DNA from: Heterodontus francisci
Taxonomy: Eukaryota
DNA: 64,000 nt
Direction of reading: 5' to 3'
Assembly (NCBI RefSeq): GCF_036365525.1
Contig: NC_090400.1
Location: 42,764,658 to 42,828,657 of the forward strand
Below are positions 35,300 through 48,164 of this stretch, in pieces. The notes beneath the pieces were generated by a model. The model worked only from the letters and a program-made list of their open reading frames with translations. It had not been told where the DNA came from and ran no database searches. Both the position numbers and the translations under genes were made by a program. The stretch's first letter is position 1. Each line of letters opens with the position of its first letter.

Positions 35300-36950
35300 A
35301 CATGTTGGTGCTTATCCTGGATACTGACCCCGGGGAACCCCCCCTGTTTGCCTTCCTCCAGCCCATAAAACAACTGTTCACCACTACTGTGTTTTCTGGC
35401 ACTCAGCCAACTTTGTATTCATGCTGTCACTGCACCTTTTATTCCAGGGGGTTCAACTTTGCTGGCAAGCCTATTATGTGGTACTTTATCAAACACGCTT
35501 TGGAAGTCTATGTACGCCACATCAGCCACATTACCCTCATCAACCCTCCCTGTTATCTCATCAAAAAACTCAATCAAGTTAATTAAAACATGATTTGCCT
35601 TTCACAAATCCATGCTGCATACTTAATTAATGCATACTTGTCCCAATGACTGTCTGTTTATTTTGTCCTGGATTATCGTTTCTAAAAGCTTTCCCACCAT
35701 TGAGGTTAAACTGACTGGCCTGTAGTTGCTAGGTTTAAGCCTACACCCTTTTTTTGAACAAGGGTATATCATTTGCAATTGTTCAGTCCTCTGGCAGCAC
35801 TCCCGTATCTCCCATATCTAAGGAGGATTGGAAGATTACAGCCAGTGCCTCTGCAATTTCCACCCTTGCTTCCATCAGCATCCTCAGATGCATCCTATTT
35901 GGTCCTGGTGACTTTTCAACTTTAAGTACAGCCAGCCTTTCTAATATCTCCTCTTTATCAATTTTTAACCTATCCAGTATCTCAACTACCTCCTCTTTCG
36001 CTATGACCTTTGGCAGCATCTTCCTTTGTAAAGACAGATGTAAAATACTCATTTGGTACCTCAGCCACACTCTCTGCCTCCATGTGTAGATTCCCTTTTT
36101 GATCACTAATCGGCCCCAGCCCATCTCTTACTATGCAGCCCTTTTATGCTTCCTCTTGCCCTCTATCTCTTCCATCATGCAGGGAGCTACTGGTAGCTCG
36201 CGTCGGCTTTTGAGTAGCTTGCATAAAGCTCCTGACAATGCAGTATGATTGCCCACGTGAGCCTGTGGCATTAATCCATACATGTGCATCCTGACATCAC
36301 TAATCCGTACATGTGCATTCTGACATCATTGCGCACACTAACGCCGCCACGTACTGACGTCACAACGGGACGAGTGAGCGGCGCGAAAGGGGGGGCAGAG
36401 CGAGTGGGAGGGATGTAGCTTGCTATATTTTTCCTTTATCAGAAGTAGCTCTCGCTAAAGAAAAAATTAGCAACCCTTGATCTTGACTATGCCCAAACCA
36501 TCTCCTCTGCCTGCCAATCTTTGATTCTAATTTACCTGGGACAGATCTGTTCTCACCACACTGAAATTGACTCTCCTTCAATTAAATTTTTTTAATTCTA
36601 GATTATTCCTTGTCCTTTTCCATAGCTTAGCTAAATCTTATGATACTATGATTACTGTTCCCTAAAAGTTCCCCTACTGACACTTATCCACTTGACCCAT
36701 CTCATTCCCCAGAACCAGATCCAGCAATGCCTCCTTCCTTTTTGGGCTGGAAACAGACTGATCAAAAAAATTCTTCTGAATACACTTCAGGAACTCTTTT
36801 TTTGCCCCTCTCTTCCCTTTTATACTATTACTGTCCCAGTCTATATTAGGATAAGTAAAGCCTCCCATTATCACTATTCTATACTTTTTTTGCACCTCCC
36901 TGTAATTCCTCTCCAAATTTGATGCTCTGTATTTTTTCCAATAGTTGGTG
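35300..36950 (-). mobile_element. Old CR1 ORF2 fragments
   Basis: IVIMGGFTYPNIDWD, ALLDLVLGNE, KSPGPNRMHLRML peptides. Confidence 0.85.
36181..36480. mobile_element. Partial hAT-like MITE within CR1
   Basis: gagctac/gtagctc subterminal motifs; end aaaaattagcaacccttg resembles hAT termini; CpG-rich; left terminus not seen. Confidence 0.45.
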
Positions 36951-37099
36951 GGAATTGTTCATTATTAATGTGATGACAATCAACCTCTCAGCCCAGGAAG
37001 GGAACTATTTAAACTGTTGAGTCTCATTATTGCACACGTAAGTCCTTTGTGGGGATTTAAAAAATAATTAATTTTTTTTCTCTTTTTAAAATCTTGCAG

Positions 37100-37143
37100 G
37101 AGGCTGATAGTGTAGAAGAAGAACGCAGATCCCAACCACGCAG
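37100..37143 (+). CDS. Internal coding micro-exon (44 nt, phase 0 to 2) of an unidentified host gene: EADSVEEERRSQPR(R/S)
   Basis: Strong acceptor ttttttttctctttttaaaatcttgcag, strong donor CAG|gtaaga, only one open frame, purine-rich GAAGAAGAA enhancer-like content, non-repetitive context. Confidence 0.72.
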
Positions 37144-37734
37144 GTAAGAGTTGGCACTTCATGTTTTTTGTTACCAATCTCTGATTCATGAACTTTTGCA
37201 TAAAAATAAAGTGCATAAAATTTGCTTTAAAAGCATCTTGATATTTTCAGAAATGGGTAACATCCTTGTAGAAATACAATTTCAGCACCTTTAGATTAAT
37301 TCTCGGAGCCTGTGAATCAGACACAAGTGCTCCTCGCTGTGGCTAAAGTGTAATTTTTGCACCTTATCCAGAAGATATCCTCAAAGTACTGAATAGCACT
37401 AAAGCACAAGAATCATTTTAATAAAGTAAATATTTTGTGACAGTTTAAATCTTGTTAATTCTTAACTCTAAGAACCAGGACAGTATCCATTGAGCTATAA
37501 GCAACTTGCATTTATCTTGTGTTTTTAACATATATATTTTAAAAAACTCTCTCTAAGGCTCTATATATAGCGAATGTAAGAAGGTTGATATCAGAATTGT
37601 AAGACATGAGTAGAGGTGAAGGATTGTTTTTTTTCCCCATCATAGTTGGTATGTAAAACTACATCAAAATTGGTTCCTTTTTTTTGTCAGTTCATTTCCT
37701 ATTAAAAGTTTAAGAATGCCATCACACCCATGAC

Positions 37735-37930
37735 ATCCATATAATTGCTTTTTTGGTTGACTCTTAACTGCTCTCTGAATGGCCTAGTAAGCAACTCAGC
37801 TGTATCAAACTGCTACAGAAAATTCAAATTGCCTGCACCAGATGGACGGCAGCTCACCAGCTCCTCCTTAAGGGCGATTAGGGCAATAAATGCTGGCCTT
37901 GCTAGCAACGCTCACATCCCAAGAATGAAT
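37735..37930 (+). mobile_element. LINE family B-related 3' tail
   Basis: ggcagctcacca...gggcaataaatgctggccttgctagcaacgctcacatcccaagaatgaat, compare 9867-9951. Confidence 0.65.
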
Positions 37931-38191
37931 ATACAATACCTGTTTTTTGTGAAATATTAATCTTTACTGCATGATTTTAACTAGACATAATGTTCAATCT
38001 TAATCTTGGTGCCACACTTGGAATGTGAGAAAATAGATATGTCAAGCCTGGTTTCTTCATACTTTATAACATAGACAAGGAAGAGAGCAGACTTGCAACA
38101 GGAGGAGGAACTGCTACTGGGGTGTAATCTGGCACCAGTAGCTTCAACACATGATCCACATTGACTGTACACTTCAGTTTGTAGTCCACAA

Positions 38192-38205
38192 CCACCAGGT
38201 GGTGC
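38192..38205 (+). promoter_or_regulatory. CTCF core motif
   Basis: CCACCAGGTGGTGC, one mismatch from CCACCAGGTGGCGC; occupancy unknown. Confidence 0.4.
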
Positions 38206-38599
38206 CCAGATACATGCAAGTTTTTGTTAGAGAAGAAAGCCACAATGAAAGGGATGACCACTGGCAAGGGCCATTAATTCGTTTGGAGGCTTCTCTGGTA
38301 ATTGACACCATGATAGTAAGCATCATGGTGGACTTCTCAGTGCTAGATGTACTGGACAACATTGCTGTCAATCCTGCCCTAAGCATAATTCTCTAGATGT
38401 TGCCCAAAGGCATCATCTTAGAAAGCACAAGGCTGATTCTGGTGGAGCGATTAGCCAAGTAACGGGGGCTAAAGTGGCTCAAATATTGGTTATATGGTTG
38501 ATTATGTTCTTTTCTCCCTGACCCACTTCAAGTCAACTTTGGATTGGTGGGGAAGTCACCACTGCTACCCACTCAGACCTCCGGGTTAATATTGCATTC

Positions 38600-40330
38600 A
38601 ACAACAGCTTGTATTTTTATAGCACCTTTAACATCGTGAAATGTCCCAAGGCACTTCACGGGAGCATTATCAAACAACATTTGACACTGAACAACAACGG
38701 GCGGCACAGTGACGCAGTGGTTAGCACCGCAGCCTCACAGCTCCAGCGACCCGGGTTCAGTTCTGGGTACTGCCTGTGCGGAGTTTGCAAGTTCTCCCTG
38801 TGTCTGCATGGGTTTCCGCCTGGTGCTCCGGTTTCCTCCCACCTCCAAAAGACTTGCAGGTTGATAGGTAAATTGGCCATTGTAAATTGCCCCTAGTGTA
38901 GGTAAGTGGTAGGAGAATGGTGGGGATGTGGTAGAGAATATGGGATTAATGTAGGGTTAGTATAAATGGGTGGTTGTTGGTCGGCACAGACTCAGTGGGC
39001 CGAAAGGCCTGTTTCAGTGCTGTATCTCTAAATAAATAAAAATAAATAAATAAACATTAAGCAGATATTAGCACAGATGACCAGAGAGGTTGGTTTTAAG
39101 GGGGCCCTCAATCTTTCAGATTTTTAGAGAGGGAATTCCAGAGCTCAGGTCCTAGGCAGCTGAAGACACAGCCACTAATAGTGGAGCGATGAATTTCAGG
39201 GATGTGCAAGAGGCCAGAATTGGAGCAATGCAAATTTATCGGAGGGTTGTAGAGCTGGAGGAGATTACAGAGCTACGGATTTTGAAAACTAGGATGAGAA
39301 TTTTAAAATTAAGGCATTGCCAAACCAGGAGCCAGTGTAGGTCAGTGAGCACAAGGGTGATGGGTGAACAGAACTTGGTGAGAGTTAGGATATGGGCAGC
39401 ACCTTTTTGGATAAACTCAAGTTTATCTAGGATGAAAGATGAAAGGCCATTCAGAAGAGCATGTCTAGAGATAACAAAAGTATGGATTAAGGTTTGAACG
39501 GCAGATGAACTAAGACAGGGGCAGAGTCAGGCAATATTATGGAGGTGGAAGTAGGCGGTCTTGATGATGGAACGGATATGTGATTGAAGCTCATCTCAGG
39601 GTCAGCTGTGATACCCAAGGTCACAAGTGGTCTGGTTCAGCCTCAGACTTACCAGGGAGGGTAAAGGAATTGGTGGCTGGGGGAAGACGTTTGTGGCGGG
39701 GGCTGAAGACAGAGGCTTTGGCCTTCCCAATTTTTACTTTGAGGAAATTTCTACTCATTCAGTACTGTATGCCAGACAAGTAGTGTGACAAATCTGAGAC
39801 AGTGGAGGGGGTCAAGAGAGTTGATAGTGTTGCAAAGTTGGGTGTCACCAGCATAAATGTGGAATCTGACATGTTTTCAGATTTCTTTAAAGGACAGCTT
39901 GCAGGATGCCATTTGTGACTTTAAGCGCCGTTTCAGTACAGTGGCTGGAGCGGAAAACTAATTGGAGGGATTCAAATATGGAGTTGCAGGAAGTATGGGA
40001 ATAGATTCACGGACTTTGAAGAGGAAAGGGAAATTGGAGATGGACTGGTAATTTGCAATGACAGAGAGGTCATAGGTCAGTTCCTTGAAAAGAGGAGTTT
40101 ATGACGACAGATTTGAAGGGGAGGGGGACAGTAATTGAAGGGAGAGAAGTATTAACAAGAGCAGCTAATGTAAGAGATAGCAAGGGAAGTGTGGTGGTCA
40201 GTAGTTTAGTGGGGAAAGAGTTGAGAGCAGGAAGTGGATCACATGGACAAGATTAGCTAAGAGAGGGCATGAAGGGAGAAAGGAGAAAAAACTAAAGAAA
40301 GATGCAAATACAGGGCTGGGACAGGAGGAA
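38600..40330 (-). mobile_element. Old L2 LINE interrupted by HE1
   Basis: 3' end cttgtatttttatagcacctttaacatcgtgaaatgtcccaagg; antisense homology to 17600-19250. Confidence 0.8.
38699..39054 (+). mobile_element. HE1 SINE, full length
   Basis: gggcggcacagtgacgcagtggttagc head, V-domain, (taaa)n tail. Confidence 0.93.
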
Positions 40331-41299
40331 CTGTGGGCAAAGTTTGACATTACTCTGCATATTTATCAAAGGACCCTGGAGGCTTTTGGCGGGTGTTTTT
40401 GCTGCCTGTAGTTTAAAATTGCAGTTGGCCAGATTGGGGAGAGAAGCTAGTGCTCTCTGCTCCATTTTAACTGCCCCCAGCCCAGTTTCTGTCAGGTGAG
40501 GGGTTAAATTTCCCCACACCTGCCCGATTTATTCCTAAGATTGTGACTGAAGAGAGGGGGATACCTTTTGTGAGCAGGTTATAAAGTGTGAAGCAGAAAT
40601 TTGGAGGCATGGAATCTGTTCTGCAGAATTTTCCTTCTAGTTGTGCTTGAAGCATAAAGGATTATCGCTAGTGCTTATAAAGCAATGTATCTACCAATTC
40701 ACTGAACGCTGCCACAAATATTCACTAATGTAATATAATTTATTTCTGCAAATTCGGCTTTTATCCACAATGAACTCTGGGAGAAAATTGACATCAGAAT
40801 AGACAAAATATAGAAATATTTCACTCCCACATTTTGATGCCTTTTGTTTTAAAATTGTATTCTTTGAATAATTTCATCTGTACTTGTACTGTACATTTAC
40901 TGGAAAGATTGCATCTAACCAAGGCCTTTTTGTGTTGCAACTGAGGCATTCTTTTATAATTATGCAACATTAAATAAATGGAGCATTGTGTTTTACCGTA
41001 AATGAATTACAGCTAATGGGATGCTATCTGCTTTACAGTTCTATAGTTGGCAAACTTACTTTATAGTATTTTGATAAGTTTTTCCATGAAGATTTAAAAA
41101 AAGAAGATAAATTGACACTTTAAATGACAGGCCTTTTGCTTGGCAGTAACTTCAGTGTTTTAAACTATTTAAAAGCAGTTTGATGCAGAGGTGATAACTT
41201 TAACTTGAAAAGTGAATGAAGTTTGCAGGGTGGGGCAAAACAAAGGGCTATTAGGTTCTGTGCCCTTGAGTTGTAGGACGTTTGGTGATGCCCACAGTT

Positions 41300-41720
41300 C
41301 CCCACAGGATGAATTGTGGCCTATTTGAAAGACAGGGAGAGGAAGAACTTTTTGTTTCAGTGGGGATGAACAGAAATCAGTAATTCACCTACTAGAAGGG
41401 GAAGAAATCAGATCACAAGCTATCCTATGCCCCTAGTTTGCACCACAAGTCCTTGTGGGATGGCACAAAGACCAATTAACAAGACACATGTCTACTGTCT
41501 TGATCATGGCATGGATATCGGATGATTTGATGCAGTAACGTCCATTGGACTACTATGTGTCATCAAGTAGTAAGGACAGGTACATGCCATGAAGAATCTT
41601 GTACTGTGAGTTACTAATCATTCTGGGCAAGTTTTGAGAGAAGTGAAGGGAAGAAAACAAATACGCGAATCACTCCAGGAAGCTCTTGCTCATTTTCCAG
41701 CAGCAAGTTAGCAGCACCAT
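41300..41720 (+). mobile_element. Possible very old RTE-like remnant
   Basis: DRYMP*RILYCELL near 41575-41615 resembles RTE DGRIPKDTLYSELA; little other support. Confidence 0.3.
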
Positions 41721-43049
41721 TGTTGGACTTGGGCATAGGTTGCCTTCCAGTAGGTAAGCCAGAATGGGAAAAATACTTTTAACAGGGTTTATGTGGCTTC
41801 TCCCTAGCGAGGGTTGGTTTAAAAATTGAAAATTAATGATCACTCTGACTTTATGGAAAGCTCTAATTGTCCATTTATTCAAAGTCAAAGACAGGTCATA
41901 GCACGTAACTGGATAGAACTGTGAGTGCTCAAAGAAATTATGCAAGATTACAGTTTAGATAATTCAGTTATTGATCTATATGTTCATTGGGCTTTTGTAT
42001 GATGGGTAATATGAATGTAGAAGTGTTTTCTAAGGAAAACGCATTCTTACACCCTGTTATTTTGAAATGTGCTAATTGGCATTACTTTTGGTTTAGACAC
42101 AAAACAAGGCTACTGTCCTGATGACCAAATTTCATGCATTTCATTTGATTTCTTTGAAACTTCCAGTTGAACGATTGTTTCTTTTGATTTAAATATAACA
42201 TGTAATGAAATGTAAAGTAAGAAGTAACCTTGCATTTTCATATTCTATATGCAGTTAATATGATCAGAGCAACCTCAAGCAACTTGCTCTCTGATTTCTG
42301 CTAGTGAACCAGTGGTTTGAATGTTTGGAAAGTCTGTGATGCATTCTTTACTATCTTCCTGTCTGAATAGAATGGGTTGCTATGAGATGAGTGACACCCA
42401 TAAGGGAGAGAAAATGGAAGAGAGTGGAAAGGCAGTAGGTTTTGTTGGGGCGGGGAAGTTCCTTGTTCAGTCACTTAAAATTGTTTTAAATATTCCCTTT
42501 TTCTCGACTTGGATTGCATTTAAAATCTATTAAATATAAAATCTATACCATTCCATTGTATTTTGTGTAAAAATAAAATTGATTTATCAGCATTCTTTCA
42601 TTGCATGACAACAGACAAAAATTCAGGGAAGCATGTTTTTCATTTGTAAGGCTTTAAAATGTGTTCCCATTTGAAAAGATCCCATAATATCTCACAATTT
42701 AGCCATCAAGTACGGGGAAAAGATTTCCCCACAAGGAGGGAAAATGGGTGGCTGAGTCACATGACTATACTTTGTACTTCCCGACACCCGATTAGAGAAT
42801 GATATAGCTGTAGCCCAGCTAGTGTTTTGCATTTATAGGATCTAAAGAGAAAGAAAAATACACAGTTAGCCCATAAAATGGTCATAAATTTCTCTTTATT
42901 TAGTAGGTCAGATCTTTATTGAATATGATACTGGGTTGGTTGCCAAAGGATTTATCTTGAAATATATAAATCATTAAACCTAGTTTTATTTGCCCACTGA
43001 TGGACTTGTTTAGAAATCTAAATTTCGCTTCTTTGCCAACAAGGTACAT

Positions 43050-43256
43050 AATGCTGTCTCTTCAGATGAGACGTTAAACAGAGATCCTGCCTACTGTCTC
43101 AGATGGACTTAAAAGGTTCCACAACATTATTTCAAGAAAGAGTTCTTCTGGTGTTCTGCCCAACATATATTTCTCTACCAGCATCACCAAATCTGATTTT
43201 CTGGTCCTTTATCTCATTGTGCACAGCGAAGTCCCACAAACAGCAATTTGGCCACT
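43050..43256 (+). mobile_element. Deu-domain SINE (SacSINE1/AmnSINE1-like), 5' part; 3' part resumes at 48163-48270 after the CR1 insertion
   Basis: gctgtctcttcagatgagacgttaaacagag Deu core; removing the CR1 rejoins ttggccactgta|tttccc and the tail aaaagtacttaattgacagtaaaatactttgggac. Confidence 0.75.
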
Positions 43257-46200
43257 GTAATCTCAGGATTACTCCCTGTGCCACGTGCCAGTGAGGCTAG
43301 AAATAGGAAGATAGTGCAGCTAAACACGTGGCTAAACAACTGGTGTAAGAGGGAGGGTTTCAGATATCTGGATCATTGGGATCTCTTCTGAGACAGGTGG
43401 GACCTGTACAAGAAGGATGGGTTGCATCTAAACCGGAGGGGCACAAATATCCTGACTACGAGGTTTGCTAGCGTCACTCGGGAGGGCTTAAACTAGTGTG
43501 GCAGGGGGGTGGAAACCATAGCAGTAGGTCAACAGGTGAAATAACTGAGGGGGAACTAGTGAATAAGGCCAGTAAGACTGAGAGGAAGAGCAGGCAGGGA
43601 GATGTTGCTGAGCACAGCGGGACTGGTGGTCTGAAGTGCATTTGTTTCAATGCGAGAAGTATAACAGGTAAGGCAGATGAATTTAGAGCTTGGATTAGTA
43701 CTTGGAACTTTGTTGTTGCTATTACAGAAACTTGGTTGAGGGAAGGACAGGATTGGCAGCTAAACGTTCCGGGATTTCGATGCTTCGCGCGGGATAGAGG
43801 GGATGTAAAAGGAGTGGGTGAGTTGCATTACTGGTTAAGGAGAATATCATAGCTGTACTGCGGGAGGATACCTCGGAGGGATAATGCAGCGAGGCAATAT
43901 GGGTAGAGCTCAGGAATAGGAAGGGTGCAGTCACAATTTTGGTTGTTTACTACAGGCCTCCCAACAGCCAGCGGGAGATAGAGGAGCAGATCTGTAGACA
44001 GATTTTGGAAAGATGTAAAAGCAACAGGGTTGTTGTGGGTGATTTTAACTTCTCCTATATTGACTGGGACTCACTTAGTGCTAGGGGCTTGGATGGGGCA
44101 GAATTTGTAAGGAGCATCCAGGAGGGCTTCTTGAAACAATATGTAGATAGTCCAACTAGGAAAAGAGCCGTACTGGACCAGGTATTGGGGAATGAGCCCA
44201 GCCAGGTGGTCGAAGTTTCAGTAGGGGAGCATTTCGGGAAGTGACCATAATTCCGTAAGTTTTAAGGTACAAAGAACAAAGAACAGTACAGCACAGGAAC
44301 AGGCCATTCGGCCCTCCAAGCCTGCGCCGATCTTGATGCCTGTCTAAACTAAAACCTTCTGCACTTCCGGGGACCGTATCCCTCTATTCCCATCCTATTC
44401 ATGTATTTGTCAAGATGCCTCTTAAACGTCGCTATCGTATCTGCTTCCACCACCTCCCCCGGCAGCAAGTTCCAGGCACTCACCACCCTCTGTGTAAAGA
44501 ACTTGCCTCGCACATCCCCTCTAAACTTTGCCCCTCTCACCTTAAACCTATGTCCCCTAGTAACTGACTCTTCCACCCTGGGAAAAAGCTTCTGACTATC
44601 CACTCTGTCCATGCCACTCATAACTTTGTAAACCTCTATCATGTCACCCCTCCACCTCCGTCGTTCCAGTGAAAACAATCTGAGTTTATCCAACCTCTCC
44701 TCATAGCTAATGCCCTCCAGACCAGGCAACATCCTGGTAAACCTCTTCTGTACCCTCTCCAAAGCCTCCACGTCCTTCTGGTAGTGTGGCGACCAGAATT
44801 GCACGCAGTATTCTAAGTGTGGCGTAACTAAAGTTCTGTACAGCTGCAGCATGACTTGCCAATTTTTATACTCTATGCCCCGACCGATGAAGGCAAGCAT
44901 GCCGTATGCCTTCTTGACTACCTTATCCACCTGTGTTGCCACTTTCAGTGACCTGTGGACCTGTACGCCCAGATCTCTCTGCCTGTCAATACTCCTAAGG
45001 GTTCTGCCATTTACTGTATACTTCCCACCTGCATTAGATCTTCCAAAATGCATTACCTCACATTTGTCCGGATTAAACTCCATCTGCCACTTCTCCGCCC
45101 AAGTCTCCAACCGATCTATATCCTGCTGTATCCTCTGACAATCCTCATCATTATCCGCAACTCCACCAACCTTTGTGTCGTCCGCAAACTTACTAATCAG
45201 ACCAGCTACATTTTCCTCCAAATCATTTATATATACTACAAAGAGCAAAGGTCCCAGCACTGATCCCTGCGGAACACCACTAATCACAGCCCTCCATTCA
45301 GAAAAGCACCCTTCCACTGCTACCATCTGTCTTCTATGACCGCGCCAGTTCTGTATCCATCTTGCCAGCTCACCTCTGATCCCGTGTGACTTCACCTTTT
45401 GTACCATTTGCCATGCGGGACCTTGTCAAATGCTTTACTGAAGTCCATATAGACAACATCCACTGCCCTTCCTTCATCAATCATCTTCGTCACTTCCTCA
45501 AAAAACTCAATCAAGTTAGTGAGACACAACCTCCCCTTCACAAAACCATGCTGCCTCTTGCTAATAGGTTCATTTGTTTCCAAATGGGAGTAAATCCTGT
45601 CCTGAAGAATCCTCTCTAATAATTTCCCTACCACTGACGTAAGGCTCACCGGCCAATAATTTCCTGGATTATCCTTGCTACCCTTCTTAAACAAAGGAAC
45701 AACATTGGCTATTCTCCAGTCCTCTGGGATCTCACCTGTAGCCAATGAGAATACAAAGATTTCTGTCAAGGCCCCAGCAATTTCTTCCCTTGCCTCCTTC
45801 AGTATTCTAGGGTAGATTACCTCAGGCCCTGGGGACTTATCTACCTTAATGTTTTGCAAGACGCCCAACACCTCCTCCTTTTTGATAATGACATGACCCA
45901 GACTATCTACACTCCCTTCCCGAGACTCCTCATCCACCAAGTCCTTCTCTTTGGTGCTTGTGGATAAGGATAAGAGTAGTCCTCGGGTGAAGGTGCTAAA
46001 TTGGGGGAAGGTTAATTCTAACAATATTAGGCAGGGACTGAAGAATTTAGATTGGGGGTGGCTGTTTGAGGGTAAATCAACATCTGACATGTGGGAGTCT
46101 TTCAATCGTCAGCTGATTAGAATCCAGGACCAGCATGTTTCTGTGAGGATGAAGGATAAGTTTGGCAAGTTTCAGGATCCTTGGATACCGAGGGATATTG

Positions 46201-48164
46201 TGAGCCTAGTCAAAGAGAAAAAGGAAACATTCGTAAGGGCTAGAAGGCTGGGAACAGACGAAGCCCTTGAGGAATATGAAGAAAGTAGGAACTTAAGCAA
46301 GGAGTCAGGAGGGCTAAAAGGGTTCATGAAAAGTCATTGGCAAACAGGATTAAGGAGAATCCCAAGGCTTTTTAAATGTATATAAAGAGCAAGAGGGTAA
46401 CCAGGGAAAGGACAGAGGAGGGAATCTATGCGTGGAGCCAGAGGAAATGGGCGAGGTACTAAATGAGTACTTTGCATCAGTATTCACCAAAGAGAAGGAC
46501 TTGGTGGATGATGAGCCTAGGGAAGGGAGTGCAGATAGTCTCAGTCATCTCATTATCAAAAAGGAGGTGGTGTTGGGTGTCTTGCAAAGCATTAAGGTAG
46601 ATAAGTCCCCAGGGCATGATGGGATCTACCCCAGAATACTGAGGGAGGCAAGGGAAGAAATTGCTGGGGCCTTGACAGAAATCTTTGTATCCTTATTGGC
46701 TACAGGTGAGGTCCCAGAGGACTGGAGAATAGCCAATGTTATTCCTTTGTTTAAGAAGGGTAGCAAGGATAATCCAGGAAATTACAGGCCGGTGAGCCTT
46801 ACGTCAGTGGTAGGGAAATTATTGGAGAGGATTCTTCAGGACAGGATTTACTCCCATTTGGAAACAAATGGACTTATTAGCGAGAGGCAGTATGGTTTTG
46901 TGAAGGGGAGGTCGTGTCTCACTAACTTGATTGAGTTTTTTGAGGAAGTGACGAAAATGATTGATGAAGGAAGGGCAGTGGATGCTGTTTACATGGCCTT
47001 CAGTAAAGCCTTTGACAAGGTATCTCATGGCAGACTGATACAAAAGGTGAAGTCACACGGGATCAGAGGTGAGCTGGCAAGATGGATACAGAACTGGCGC
47101 GGTCATAGAAGACAGAGGGTAGCAGTGGAAGGGTGCTTTTCTGAATGGAGGGATGTGACCAGTGGTGTTCCGCAGGGATCAGTGCTGGGACCATTGCTGT
47201 TTGTAGTATATATAAATGATTTGGAGGAAAATGTAGCTGGTCTGATTAGTAAGTTTGCAGATGACACAAAGGTTGGTGGAGTTGCGGATAATGATGAGGA
47301 TTGTCAAAGGATACAGCAGGATATAGATCGGTTGGAGACTTGGGCGGAGAAATGGCAGATGGAGTTTAATCCGGACAAATGTGAGGTAATGCATTTTGGA
47401 AGATCTAATAGAGGTGGGAAGTATACAGTAAATGGCAGAACCCTTAGGAGTATTGACAGGCAGAGAGATCTGGGCGTACAGGTCCACAGGTCACTGAAAG
47501 TGGCAACGCAGGTGGATAGGATAGTCAAGAAGGCATATGCATGCTTGCCTTCATCGGTCGGGCATAGAGTATAAAAATTGGCAAGTCATGTTGCAGCTGT
47601 ACAGAACCTTAGTTAGGCCACACTTAGAATATTGCGTACAATTCTGATCGCCACACTACCAGAAGGACGTGGAGGCTTTGGAGAGGGTACAGAAGAGGTT
47701 TACCAGGATGTTGCCTGGTCTGGAGGTCAGTAGCTATGAGGAGAGGTTGGATAAACTCGGATTGTTTTCACTGCAACGACGGAGGTGGAGGGGCGACATG
47801 ATAGAGGTTTACAAAGTTATGAGTGGCATGGACAGAGTGGATAGTCAGAAGCTTTTTCCCAGGGTGGAAGAGTCAGTTACTAGGGGACATAGGTTTAAGG
47901 TGAGAGGGGCAAAGTTTAGAGGGGATGTGCGAGGCAAATTCTTTACACAGAGGGTGGTGAGTGCCTGGAACATGCTGCCGGGGGAGGTGGTGGAAGCAGG
48001 TACGATAGCGACGTTTAAGAGGCATCTTGACACATACATGAATAGGATGGGAATAGAGGGATACGGACCCCGGATTTGCAGAAGGTTTTAGTTTAGACAG
48101 GCATCAAGATCGGCGTAGGCTTGGAGGGCCGAATGGCCTGTTCCTGTGCTGTACTGTTGTTTGT
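43257..48164 (+). mobile_element. CR1 LINE (ORF1 end + disrupted ORF2) carrying an inverted nested sibling
   Basis: DGLHL, LKCICFNARS, GDFN, KSPGHDG, QGSVLGP, KFADD; several frameshifts; tgta at both junctions. Confidence 0.95.
44269..45955 (-). mobile_element. 5'-truncated CR1 of the same subfamily, inserted in reverse orientation
   Basis: ORFs 45392-46105 and 44349-45407 near-identical to the host RT; tail (aaagaac)n; host sequence ttttaaggt...ggtgcttgtggataag is continuous across it. Confidence 0.95.

Noticed and set aside
37035-37043. Consensus donor cac|gtaagt just upstream of the exon
   Set aside because: Would require a 62-nt intron and has no convincing upstream acceptor or open frame.
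45392-46105. 237-aa ORF with an unusual N-terminus
   Set aside because: N-terminus is antisense host CR1 read across the nested-insertion junction.
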